Source: an uncultured Methanomassiliicoccales archaeon
Lineage (GTDB): Archaea; Thermoplasmatota; Thermoplasmata; Methanomassiliicoccales; Methanomethylophilaceae
Direction of reading: 5' to 3'
Length of the DNA stretch: 64,000 nucleotides
Assembly (NCBI GenBank): GCA_964533525.1
Contig: CAZHJV010000001.1
Location: 13,928 to 77,927, forward strand
A program made the position numbers and the translations under genes. A model generated the notes under the pieces. The model was not told the DNA's origin and did no database searches. It saw only the letters and a list, made by a program, of their open reading frames with translations. Shown here piece after piece: positions 9,095 to 17,751 of this stretch (its first letter is position 1; each line of letters begins with the position of its first letter).

Positions 9095-10969
9095 TCATTC
9101 GGATTCCGGACCGTCCAGGACCTTCCATACGGTGAATATGTTCCTCCCGGCGAAGTACTTGTAATCCATGTAAGTGACCAGATTCCTGATCATGTGGATC
9201 CCGAAACCGCCGATGGGCCAGTTGCCGACATCCTCGTCGATCTCGATCTCGTCCCTGCTGATGGGGTTGAACGCATCCGCGCTGTCGGCGAACGTCAGTT
9301 TCATCTCATTCCCGCGGGCGCTGCAGTACACGGTGACCTCCCCGTCCGAATCTTCGTAGGCGTGATCGCAGATGTTGACGAATATCTCCTCCGCGACGAT
9401 CTCCATCTTGAGGATCTCCTTCTCGGGGAAACCGTGTCCCGTCAGGACCTCCTCTATGAATGCGTTGACCTTTCCGAGTTCCTCCGCCTTTCCGGGGACG
9501 GTGAAACTGCGGTAGTCCGGACGGCGGGCGATGAAACACAGCATCGTTATGTCATCGGACTGCGGCTGTTTCCCTGCGAACTCCCTCACGGCGCCGCGGA
9601 CGTTCCTCACGATGCCTTCCGCATCCGCACCCGCGGAAGCGTCGAGGGCTTCCTCGAGGCGTTCCCTCCCGAACTGCTCCCCCTCGGTGTTGAACGCCTC
9701 GTTCACCCCGTCGGTGTAGCAGAAGAACGTGTCCGTGTCGGATACCGAGACGGCATCGGTCTTGTAGCGGACGGCCTCGTTCACCCCGATCATCAGACCT
9801 TTCTTCACGGGGAGTTTTTCGAACTTCCCGTCGGAATGCCTGACATACGGCGGAGGGTGCCCGGCATTGGCGTACTGCAGGGTCCCGGTATCGGAATCGT
9901 ACACGCCCATCCATACGGTGACGAACTGCTCCGCGGCGTTTCTGGCACATACCTCCCTGTTCACCGCGGAGAGGATGCGTCCGGGGTCGTTGTGGAGCAT
10001 CGATACCGCCCTTATGGACCCCATGACCTCCATCATCATCAGCGAGGCGGGAAGCCCCTTGTCGGATACATCGGCCGTGACGAACGCGGTGAGGTTCCTC
10101 CCGATGGAGAAACAGTCGTAGAAATCGCCGGCCACCTCCGCGGCCGGCTCCATCATCCCGTAGATGTTCAGGGACCGGGTGGAGGGGAATTCGGCTGGAA
10201 GGGTCGCCTGCTGTATGTCCCTCGCAAGACCCAGATCGTGTTCCGTGCGCTTGGCGTTCTCCTGCGTCTCGATCAGAAGCGTGTACTTGTAATACAGGAC
10301 GACCGTGAGGTATCCGAACAGGAGGACGGCGGCACAGGACCATCCGTAGAGAGTATACGCATAGGGGTCGTCTGCGATCCCCGCATCATCGAGCAGCGAA
10401 GGGATGCAGACCGCATACACGGCGGCCACCGCCGCGGGAACGAGGTACCAGAGGAAACGGCTCTTCCTCAGGGCGCTCAGCAGGGCGGACAGCGCACCTC
10501 CGACGGACAGGAGGAGAAGATAGTACCACTGGAGATCGTAGTAATCCGGTATGACCAGGATGTGGACGGACATCGTTAACACGGTCACGGCGATGACAAA
10601 GAGAGGCCCGCTGCACATACCCGTCAGCATGAGCCCGACGAAACCGTACTGGAACAGCGTGCTGTCGTTGCTCCCCATAACGCCGTTCATGACCGACAGT
10701 CCCGTCATCAGCGCGATGAAGGCGGCCTTGTAATACCACTCCGAGAGCCCCGGCTCCGACAGCGCCCGGTACATGGGGCTGCGGAGAATGAGGTACATGA
10801 TCAGCACGGTGACGATGGTCCATGCGACCCCGCTGCTCATGTAGTACGAGATCGCATATGCGGGGTACTCCTGCATATCGAGATTGTATGTCACATACGC
10901 CGCTGCAGTGATCAGCAGCGTCGCGATGATGAAGCTATTCTGCAGGGCAGATGCCGCTTTTCCGTCCAT
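9095..10969 (-). CDS. membrane sensor / PP2C (SpoIIE-RsbU type) phosphatase / RsbW-SpoIIAB-like GHKL kinase domain fusion
   Basis: N-terminal ~240 aa has about 7-8 TM helices. PP2C motifs: AGDFYD, ADVSDKG, YTDGVNEA, SDDITM. C-terminus: VAEEIFVNICDHAY (N-box) and GGFGIHMIRN (G-box). The start codon overlaps the upstream stop by 1 nt at 10969. Confidence 0.85.
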   Translation of the reverse strand: MDGKAASALQNSFIIATLLITAAAYVTYNLDMQEYPAYAISYYMSSGVAWTIVTVLIMYLILRSPMYRALSEPGLSEWYYKAAFIALMTGLSVMNGVMGSNDSTLFQYGFVGLMLTGMCSGPLFVIAVTVLTMSVHILVIPDYYDLQWYYLLLLSVGGALSALLSALRKSRFLWYLVPAAVAAVYAVCIPSLLDDAGIADDPYAYTLYGWSCAAVLLFGYLTVVLYYKYTLLIETQENAKRTEHDLGLARDIQQATLPAEFPSTRSLNIYGMMEPAAEVAGDFYDCFSIGRNLTAFVTADVSDKGLPASLMMMEVMGSIRAVSMLHNDPGRILSAVNREVCARNAAEQFVTVWMGVYDSDTGTLQYANAGHPPPYVRHSDGKFEKLPVKKGLMIGVNEAVRYKTDAVSVSDTDTFFCYTDGVNEAFNTEGEQFGRERLEEALDASAGADAEGIVRNVRGAVREFAGKQPQSDDITMLCFIARRPDYRSFTVPGKAEELGKVNAFIEEVLTGHGFPEKEILKMEIVAEEIFVNICDHAYEDSDGEVTVYCSARGNEMKLTFADSADAFNPISRDEIEIDEDVGNWPIGGFGIHMIRNLVTYMDYKYFAGRNIFTVWKVLDGPESE

Positions 10970-12699
10970 CAGACCGTCACCGTCAGATTATTCAGTTTCA
11001 CCGAATAACTGTATTCTATGTTCTTCGCGGCCGCACGCACCACCCTGATGCCGAGATGCTTCCCGTCGTCGGCCGTTATCGGGTTGAATCTGACGCCGTC
11101 GTCCCTCATACGGAAGATCACGTCGTCCCCGTCCTTCGCGATGCGTATGTCGATGAAGTGTTCCTTCCCGTCCGTGAATGCGTATTCCACGACGTTTCCC
11201 GCCATCTCCTCGATACAGAGCGCGATGCGGTCCGCCTTGTCGCGGGAGACGCCGTGCTCCGCACACAGGTCCGAGATCCTCTCCGTGAGTCCGGAGACCG
11301 CCTCCATCCTGTTGGGGATGGACAGTTCGCAGACCGTATCCGCGGAGAAGGCGCCGGCGGGCGCGATGACGAAGTCCTCCGCATGATGCGGGAACTTTCC
11401 CGTCTTCACCCTGATGAACGCTATTATCGTGAGCACGGAGAGGATATCTGCGAGCACGAAGGACAGCCACACCCCGTCGAGACCCATGACCGGGGCGAGG
11501 GCGAAGGACACGAGGATGACGTACAGGGCGCCCCTCGAGAGGGAGATGATGTTCGACATCATCAGGTTCCCCATCGTCTGGTACATGTACAGGAAGATGA
11601 GGCAGACGGTGGATGTGGGCTGGGACAGTGCGAACAGCCTCAGGCATCTGACCGCCAGATCCAGGTCCCCGCCGTCGGCTATGAACATCCTCGCCACAGG
11701 TTCCGCGAATACTATCAGCATGACCGCGGCGGCAGAGGATACTGCTGTTCCGGATTTCAGCGTGACGCGTATCGTATCCGTGATGGCCCTCCTGTCCCTC
11801 TCCCCGAAGAAGATGCCGCACATGGTGGCGACCATGAGTCCGTACCCGGTGGAGATGGCTATCAGGAACTGATACACATTGGTCTGCACCGAAAGTGCCA
11901 GCACCGCGGTGGAGCCTCCGAGGGACAGCAGGAATGCGTTGAGCACGAGGTTCTTGATGGTCTGCGAACCTCTGTTTATCGCAGTGGGGAGACCTGCCAT
12001 GCAGATGTCCTTCAGCTCCTTCCCGCATCCGGAGGGGGAGCAGAACCTCATCATACGCTCCTTCCTCCTGAAATGGGTGAGGGCGACGGCGAGTCCGACG
12101 ACATTCCCGATCATCATGGAGAGTCCGATACCGAAAAGACCCAAATCCGTGGATGATGCACTGCAGACCGCGGCGGCGGTGTTCACGATGATGACGACGA
12201 CCATCGAGATCAGGGAGATCCTCTGGTTGCTGTCCATCCTCAGGTAGATCAGCAGATTCTGCAGGAGGAGGAACGGCACCGCCGAGATCCCGAGACCGCG
12301 GATGTAATCGGCCGCCATCCCCTCGATGCTGTCCTCCGCGCCGAACAGGTCCGACAGGGGATCGGCGAAGAGGAGACAGAACACCATGAAGACGGCGCCC
12401 ACGGCGGCGGATGCCAGGGTCGTCACGGTATAATTCAGCCGTACGGCCGCCATATCGCCCCTGCCGATGTGGTTCGCGCACCTTATGGAACCTCCGTTGC
12501 TGAAGATTCCGGCGGCCGCTCCCAGAAGGATGAACACAGGCGAAGCGAGACCGAACGCCACGAGGGCGTCCGAACCCAGCATCTGTCCGGTGATCAGACC
12601 GTTGATGACCATGCTCAGCGTGGCCGTGAGCGTCACCAGAATGGTGACGGCCAGATGGCTGTGCAGGACCTTTTCGATCAGATACGTGTTCGTATGCAT
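10969..12699 (-). CDS. MATE family efflux transporter fused to a C-terminal RsbW/SpoIIAB-like GHKL kinase domain
   Basis: About 450 aa with 12 TM and MATE character (ALVAFGLASPVFILL, GLGISAVPFLLLQNLLIYLRMD). Then about 125 soluble aa with IEEMAGNVVEYAF (N-box), RDDGVRFNP and LGIRVVRAAA (G-box-like). Confidence 0.85.
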   Translation of the reverse strand: MHTNTYLIEKVLHSHLAVTILVTLTATLSMVINGLITGQMLGSDALVAFGLASPVFILLGAAAGIFSNGGSIRCANHIGRGDMAAVRLNYTVTTLASAAVGAVFMVFCLLFADPLSDLFGAEDSIEGMAADYIRGLGISAVPFLLLQNLLIYLRMDSNQRISLISMVVVIIVNTAAAVCSASSTDLGLFGIGLSMMIGNVVGLAVALTHFRRKERMMRFCSPSGCGKELKDICMAGLPTAINRGSQTIKNLVLNAFLLSLGGSTAVLALSVQTNVYQFLIAISTGYGLMVATMCGIFFGERDRRAITDTIRVTLKSGTAVSSAAAVMLIVFAEPVARMFIADGGDLDLAVRCLRLFALSQPTSTVCLIFLYMYQTMGNLMMSNIISLSRGALYVILVSFALAPVMGLDGVWLSFVLADILSVLTIIAFIRVKTGKFPHHAEDFVIAPAGAFSADTVCELSIPNRMEAVSGLTERISDLCAEHGVSRDKADRIALCIEEMAGNVVEYAFTDGKEHFIDIRIAKDGDDVIFRMRDDGVRFNPITADDGKHLGIRVVRAAAKNIEYSYSVKLNNLTVTV

Positions 12700-12702
12700 C
12701 GT

Positions 12703-12999
12703 TCATTCCAGGGTGAGGATCTCGTCGAGACCCGTCTCGGTGAACACTTCCATGACGAGTTCGGGCACGTTCCTGATAACCATCTTCCCGCCGTTCTTGG
12801 CCATCTTCTTCTCGAGTGCCAGTATGACCCTGAGGCCCGCACTGGAGATGTAGATGCACGGCGAGAGGTCGATCTCGATGTACTTGGTGTCGTCCCCGAT
12901 CTGCCTGTTCATGTCGGCCTCGAAATCGGGAGAGGACGTCCTATCCAGTTTCCCCTCGATGACTGCTTTGATCTCTGTCCCGTTCTTTGCGATCTTCAT
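12703..12999 (-). CDS. STAS-domain anti-sigma-factor-antagonist-like protein (SpoIIAA/RsbV type)
   Basis: 98 aa standalone STAS. IEIDLSPCIYISSAGLRVILAL contains the conserved phosphorylatable Ser context (DxSG-like SSAGL). Confidence 0.85.
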   Translation of the reverse strand: MKIAKNGTEIKAVIEGKLDRTSSPDFEADMNRQIGDDTKYIEIDLSPCIYISSAGLRVILALEKKMAKNGGKMVIRNVPELVMEVFTETGLDEILTLE

Positions 13000-14696
13000 T
13001 CTTCTTCCTCCCTGTCGACAAGTATTCTGAAGAAACGGAGCTGGGCTTCGTTCATGATAATCTTAACCGGTTTTATCTGGGTGGACGCACCGCCCATCAT
13101 GATCTGTTTGTCCCTCCAGAGGGCGTAGGTCTCGTCCTGGAGATAGTGGGACACCACGGGCCCCGTGAGCCTCCTCTCGAACTTGTACTCGAGCATAGGG
13201 TTGGCCTTGATGAGCTCCTTCTGCAGGCACGCGGACAGTTCCTTCAGGTCCGCCTTCGGACGTCTGGGACATTCGATGAAGAACCTGTAGCAGGACGGTG
13301 TCATGTCGGTGTCCGGGTACACGCAGAAGTCGGCGTAATCGAAATCGAGGTCTTTCGCGGTGGCGTCCACCGCGGCCCTGAGAGCGGGCTCGTACGTCTT
13401 CTCCCCGTTGAGGTTGACGCACATGTCTATGCGGTAGAGGTATTCCATCGTCGGAAGGCTGTTGTACATCTTCACGAAGCGGACGGCGTCGCGGGTCCTG
13501 TAGCGGTACAGTCCCGACTGGGTCGTCAGTATCACCTCGTACTCCTTCCCGAGCTCCACCTCCGACACGGTGCATGTCTTCGACGGATCCTCCTCGCCGA
13601 GGGGGAGGAACTCCAGGAACATCGTATTACCCAGAGGTGCCGAATCCGATGTATCGAAATCGTACGGGGCGGAGATCGCACCTTCGGATGCCACGATCCC
13701 GGTCATGAACACCGGCACGTCTTCGGAGATGAAGTTCTCCCTGAGTTTGCGCAGATATGCGGAGAATGTCCCGGTGCTCACGCCCATGACGAACGTGAGA
13801 TTCGGCCATATCCTCTTGGCGATCGTGTTGCCGAAGCCCTCCGAGAATATTTTCCTGAGTTCCTCCGCCCTCTCCGGCATCGGGACCAGTTCCGACTCCA
13901 GCTTCGCACGGACGGTATCGGACATCTTGACGGAGGGGTCGATCTTCCCGGTCTCGATATCCCTGCAGAGCATCTCCCAGTTGCCCTGGATGTAATGGAA
14001 CATATCCAAAACGAACGTGATGAACGTGGTCTGGAGACTGGATACGTCCCTGTATGCGAGACCGTACCTGGCATGGAGGTACCTGCTGTCCGTCTCCTTC
14101 TCGGGACATACGGCCTCTTCGGGCGAGGTGAACATCTCCGGCTGCATCATCTGCCAGTCGTACACGCACTGGCCGGATACGCCGTAATATCTCTTGGGAG
14201 GGGTTCCGACGACGGCTCTGGCGGACGCCTCCGCGACGGAGAGCGCCTTCCCCTTCAGGAAATCGGTGCCGAAACGCTTCACCGCCATCCCGTAAGGCTC
14301 TGCGAAGGCGTAGTCGAGCAGATATCCCATGGATACCGAGGACATCGGTATCTTCTTGGGGTTGCCCATGGTCCCGGAGGATCTGTTGTACTGCGCCACC
14401 CCGTACACGGAATGGAGGTGCTCCTCCTTCCCCGTAAGTTCGCGGACCACATATTCGGCGTAATCGTCGTAAACGGTGAGCGGGACTTTCTTCTTGTAGT
14501 CCTCCACCGTCCTGATGCCGGAGAAACCGACCTTCCTGCCGTATTCCGTGTCTTTGTTGTCGTCCAGTATTCTGAATAGGAGTTCCTCGCTGATCCTCTC
14601 CGGATCCTTGGAAAAAGCCTCCAGATCGTCCATCGCCTTCCTGCCGCGGTTGGCGGCCGAAAGGTTCACCTGAACGGTTTTCCCCGTTTCTGCCAT
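12996..14696 (-). CDS. GH3 family acyl-acid amido synthetase (adenylate-forming)
   Basis: 566 aa. GH3 nucleotide motif RSSGTMGNPKKIPMS, LYRYRTRDAV, and the C-terminal ASTQIKPVK pattern typical of GH3/JAR1-like enzymes. The stop overlaps the STAS start by 4 nt. Confidence 0.85.
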   Translation of the reverse strand: MAETGKTVQVNLSAANRGRKAMDDLEAFSKDPERISEELLFRILDDNKDTEYGRKVGFSGIRTVEDYKKKVPLTVYDDYAEYVVRELTGKEEHLHSVYGVAQYNRSSGTMGNPKKIPMSSVSMGYLLDYAFAEPYGMAVKRFGTDFLKGKALSVAEASARAVVGTPPKRYYGVSGQCVYDWQMMQPEMFTSPEEAVCPEKETDSRYLHARYGLAYRDVSSLQTTFITFVLDMFHYIQGNWEMLCRDIETGKIDPSVKMSDTVRAKLESELVPMPERAEELRKIFSEGFGNTIAKRIWPNLTFVMGVSTGTFSAYLRKLRENFISEDVPVFMTGIVASEGAISAPYDFDTSDSAPLGNTMFLEFLPLGEEDPSKTCTVSEVELGKEYEVILTTQSGLYRYRTRDAVRFVKMYNSLPTMEYLYRIDMCVNLNGEKTYEPALRAAVDATAKDLDFDYADFCVYPDTDMTPSCYRFFIECPRRPKADLKELSACLQKELIKANPMLEYKFERRLTGPVVSHYLQDETYALWRDKQIMMGGASTQIKPVKIIMNEAQLRFFRILVDREEEE

Positions 14697-14710
14697 AAGC
14701 GGGGGATGAA

Positions 14711-14723
14711 TTTATGTTATAAA
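14711..14723 (-). promoter_or_regulatory. TATA-box candidate for the GH3 operon
   Basis: The minus strand reads TTTATAACATAAA, centred about 24 nt upstream of the GH3 ATG (14696). This implies a leaderless or very short-leader mRNA. Confidence 0.45.
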
Positions 14724-14733
14724 TGAATGGCGA

Positions 14734-14750
14734 GCCCCCGGAACGGGGGC
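14734..14750 (-). terminator. hairpin after the LRR gene
   Basis: GCCCCCG-GAA-CGGGGGC is a perfect 7-bp stem immediately downstream of the stop at 14755, before the GH3 promoter. Confidence 0.4.
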
Positions 14751-14754
14751 GTTT

Positions 14755-17064
14755 TCAGGCCTTTCCCCTCCTGATCGCGATCAGTCCCGCGGCGGCGACG
14801 GCAATTATTATCACAGCGGCGAGAGCCAGCAGGAGCACCCCGCCGTCATCCTCCCCGTCATCCCGGTCCCCGACCGACATCGTACCGTCGCTGACGCTGA
14901 ACGATTTTCCGACGAGATTCGCCTCGTTGGGGAGAAGGACCCTGCCTTCGGAGTCGTAGAACGTGACCCCGTCGAACGCACCGAGGCCGATGGACTCGAC
15001 GGAATCGGAGATCGACAGGGACTCGAAGGAAGGACATCCGGCGAATGCGTATTTTCCGATGGATGCGACTGGGTTCCCTACGGTCACGGAGGCGAGGGAA
15101 GGACAGCCGGAGAATGCGGAGTCCCCGATAGATTCCACGGAATTCCCTATGACTACGGAAGTCAGGGAAACGCATCCGGAGAAGGCCCTGTCCCGGATGG
15201 TTGTAACCGAGGCGGGGACCTCGTAGGATTCATCCGCCCTGCCCAACGGATACTGTATCAGTTCCGTCCCGTCCCTGCTGAAAAGGACACCGTCGACGGA
15301 TTTGTATGCCGCATTGTCCGCGGAGACATTGATCGAAGAAAGAGAGGTGCAGCCGGAGAATGCATCGAATCTGACATCTGTGACGGAAGACGGAATGGTC
15401 ACGGAGACGAGAGAGGTGCAGCCGGTGAATGCGATGTCCCCGATGATTGCGACCGAGGAAGGGATCTCGTACGACGTATCGGCTCTCCCGGCCGGATAAC
15501 AGTACAATGCGACCCCGTCCTTGCTGAAAAGGACACCGTCGACGGATTTGTATGCCGCATTGTCCGCGGAGACATTGATCGAGGAAAGGGATGTGCAGCC
15601 GGTGAATGCATCGACTATGACGATTGCGGCAGAAGACGGGATGGTCACGGATGTAAGGGAAGAACAGCCGACGAATGCATGATCCCCTATGCTTGCAACG
15701 GAATTCCCGCATGCAACCGAGACGAGGGAAGTGCAGTTCTCGAATGCGTATGCACAGATGACCTCGACGGAATCGGGGACCGAATACGATGTATCGGTGC
15801 TGCCTGCAGGATAGTAAATCAGCCTTTTACCGCCGTCATCGAAAAGGACACCTCCGACGGAACTGTACCTCGGATTGCCCTCGGCGACCTCGAAGGAGAC
15901 AACGGAACTGCAGCCGTCGAACGCGCCGCCGGCGATTATGATGACGGAGGACGGGATGGTCACGGATGTAAGGGAAGAACAGCCGTCGAACGCACCATTA
16001 CTGATCATTGTAACGGAGGAAGGGATGTCCACGGAGGTTAGGGAAGAGCATCCATAGAACGTGTAACCCTTGACGGATGTGGCGGAGGACGGAATATTCG
16101 CGGAAACGAGGGAAGTGCAGTTCTCGAATGCGTATCCTCCGAGGGAAATGACCGAATCGGGCACCGTCACGGAAACGAGCGACGTGCATCCGGAGAATGC
16201 ACCTGCTCCGACGGATGTGACGGAATCGGGGACCGAATACGACTTTTCCGTCCTGCCCGCAGGATACTGGATCAATTCCGTCCCGTCCTTGCTGAAAAGG
16301 ATGCCGCCATCGGAACTGTAATTCTTATTATTCCCAGAGACCCAGATGTCGGTGATTGCGGCGCACTTCTCGAATGCGTTGCTGCCGATCGAGGTGACGG
16401 AGGACGGGATCGCTATTGATGTGAGGGAAACGCAGCCGGAGAACGCATAGGATCCGATGTCTGCAACGGAATTCCCCAGATTCGCGGAGATGAGGGAACC
16501 GCATTCGAAGAATGCTCTGCCTCCGATCGAAACGAGCGAATCCGGCAGGGATACGGAGACGAGGGAAGTACACAGATGAAATGAGGACTCCCCGATGGAT
16601 CCGACGGAATTGCCGAATACCGCCGAAATGAGGGAAGGGCATCCGTAGAACGCATATTCCCCGATGGATTTGACAGAGTTCCCTATCGTCACGGATCCGA
16701 GAGAAGTGCACTTCTCGAATGCGGATTTCCCAATAGATTCGACGGAATCCGGTATCGTCACGGATGCGAGGAAATTGCAGTCGGCGAACGCATTATTCCC
16801 GACAGATGTGACCGAATCCCCTATCGCGACCTCCCTGACGGCGGCCCTGTAGGAATACCACGGGGCATGGTCCGATGAATCGTAATCCTGCATCGTCCCG
16901 GAACCGCTTATCGTCAGGGTTCCCGACGAGAGACTGAATTCGTATGTGAGATCCGGCCCGCAGGAGCCGGAATAATCGGAGACCGCGGCCTCCGAACCGT
17001 CCGACAGGACGAATGCAGACACGCACACCAGTGCGGCGGCGATGAACATTACGGTTTTCTTCAT
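14755..17064 (-). CDS. BspA-type leucine-rich-repeat surface protein (adhesin-like), signal peptide plus C-terminal TM anchor
   Basis: N-terminus MKKTVMFIAAALVCVSAFVLS. It has over 25 units of the form IP.SV.SIG..AF.GC.SL.SV. C-terminus LLLALAAVIIIAVAAAGLIAIRRGKA. Confidence 0.85.
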   Translation of the reverse strand: MKKTVMFIAAALVCVSAFVLSDGSEAAVSDYSGSCGPDLTYEFSLSSGTLTISGSGTMQDYDSSDHAPWYSYRAAVREVAIGDSVTSVGNNAFADCNFLASVTIPDSVESIGKSAFEKCTSLGSVTIGNSVKSIGEYAFYGCPSLISAVFGNSVGSIGESSFHLCTSLVSVSLPDSLVSIGGRAFFECGSLISANLGNSVADIGSYAFSGCVSLTSIAIPSSVTSIGSNAFEKCAAITDIWVSGNNKNYSSDGGILFSKDGTELIQYPAGRTEKSYSVPDSVTSVGAGAFSGCTSLVSVTVPDSVISLGGYAFENCTSLVSANIPSSATSVKGYTFYGCSSLTSVDIPSSVTMISNGAFDGCSSLTSVTIPSSVIIIAGGAFDGCSSVVSFEVAEGNPRYSSVGGVLFDDGGKRLIYYPAGSTDTSYSVPDSVEVICAYAFENCTSLVSVACGNSVASIGDHAFVGCSSLTSVTIPSSAAIVIVDAFTGCTSLSSINVSADNAAYKSVDGVLFSKDGVALYCYPAGRADTSYEIPSSVAIIGDIAFTGCTSLVSVTIPSSVTDVRFDAFSGCTSLSSINVSADNAAYKSVDGVLFSRDGTELIQYPLGRADESYEVPASVTTIRDRAFSGCVSLTSVVIGNSVESIGDSAFSGCPSLASVTVGNPVASIGKYAFAGCPSFESLSISDSVESIGLGAFDGVTFYDSEGRVLLPNEANLVGKSFSVSDGTMSVGDRDDGEDDGGVLLLALAAVIIIAVAAAGLIAIRRGKA
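15275..15614 (-). repeat. near-identical 94-nt segments, 246 nt apart, inside the LRR gene
   Basis: 15275-15368 and 15521-15614 differ at about 5 of 94 positions. Both encode FxGCTSLSSINVSADNAAYKSVDGVLFS. This is a recent tandem duplication of an 82-aa repeat block. Confidence 0.8.
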
Positions 17065-17197
17065 GGCGATGGCCCCCCGGCCGCAGAATGCGGACAGCGA
17101 CTGACGGTAAACGTACGTATGCTGAGCATAAATCTGTACCGCAGAAAGAACGGCGGAAGGGACGAGGTTTTATCTGACAGTAACCGAATGGAGAATC

Positions 17198-17677
17198 ATG
17201 TTCGGAATCGGTAGGAAAACGGCTGGGATGAAACCTGGCAAAGTATACAGGGAACTGTGCACAGCCTTCGACTCCGTGAATTTCGATTACGATTCCGATG
17301 AAAAGAACCTCGTCATATACAGTGTCTTCGCCGGGAACGATCTCCCCATAAAACTGGCCGTCAACATCGACACCGAGATGCCCATCCTATGTTTCGACGC
17401 ACTTCTGGACCTCCAGGTCCCCTCCGGCAGCGAGAATGCCATCATCAGCGGACTCAACGAGATCAACACCGCCCTTCACTTCGGAGCATTCGTCTTCGAA
17501 CCCGAAAACAGACACGTAATCTACAGATACCATCACCTGTTCGCCGAACGCTCCCCCTCCAAGGACAGCATCCTCTCGATCACGAAGATGGTCATAGACA
17601 CGGTCGATGCCAACGACGGCAATCTCAGGAAGCTCATCCCGGAACGCACGAAGTTCTCCGACCCGATGTTCAGCTGA
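17198..17677 (+). CDS. YbjN-like (type III secretion chaperone-like fold) protein
   Basis: 159 aa. The pattern F.YDSDEKNLVIY..F..NDLPIKLAVNID......LNEINTALHFGAFVFEPENRHVIYRY fits the YbjN family as I recall it. Confidence 0.5.
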   Translation: MFGIGRKTAGMKPGKVYRELCTAFDSVNFDYDSDEKNLVIYSVFAGNDLPIKLAVNIDTEMPILCFDALLDLQVPSGSENAIISGLNEINTALHFGAFVFEPENRHVIYRYHHLFAERSPSKDSILSITKMVIDTVDANDGNLRKLIPERTKFSDPMFS

Positions 17678-17751
17678 GACATCTGGCACATTGTAAGAAC
17701 GGACCGCGCACCCGGAATAAAGAGAGCGAACGGGGGCGCGGGGAAAATGTT

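Noticed and set aside
10988-12859. 623-aa minus-strand ORF overlapping the MATE-kinase gene in another frame
   Set aside because: Its translation is Arg/Gly/His/Pro-rich and it crosses the STAS/MATE gene boundary. The alternative frame (10969..12699) gives a clean 12-TM MATE protein.
17681-17694. Resemblance of TGGCAC in the recurrent motif to a sigma-54 -24 promoter element
   Set aside because: Archaea have no sigma-54. The required TTGC at the -12 spacing (TGGCAC-N5-TTGC) is absent in all copies I inspected.
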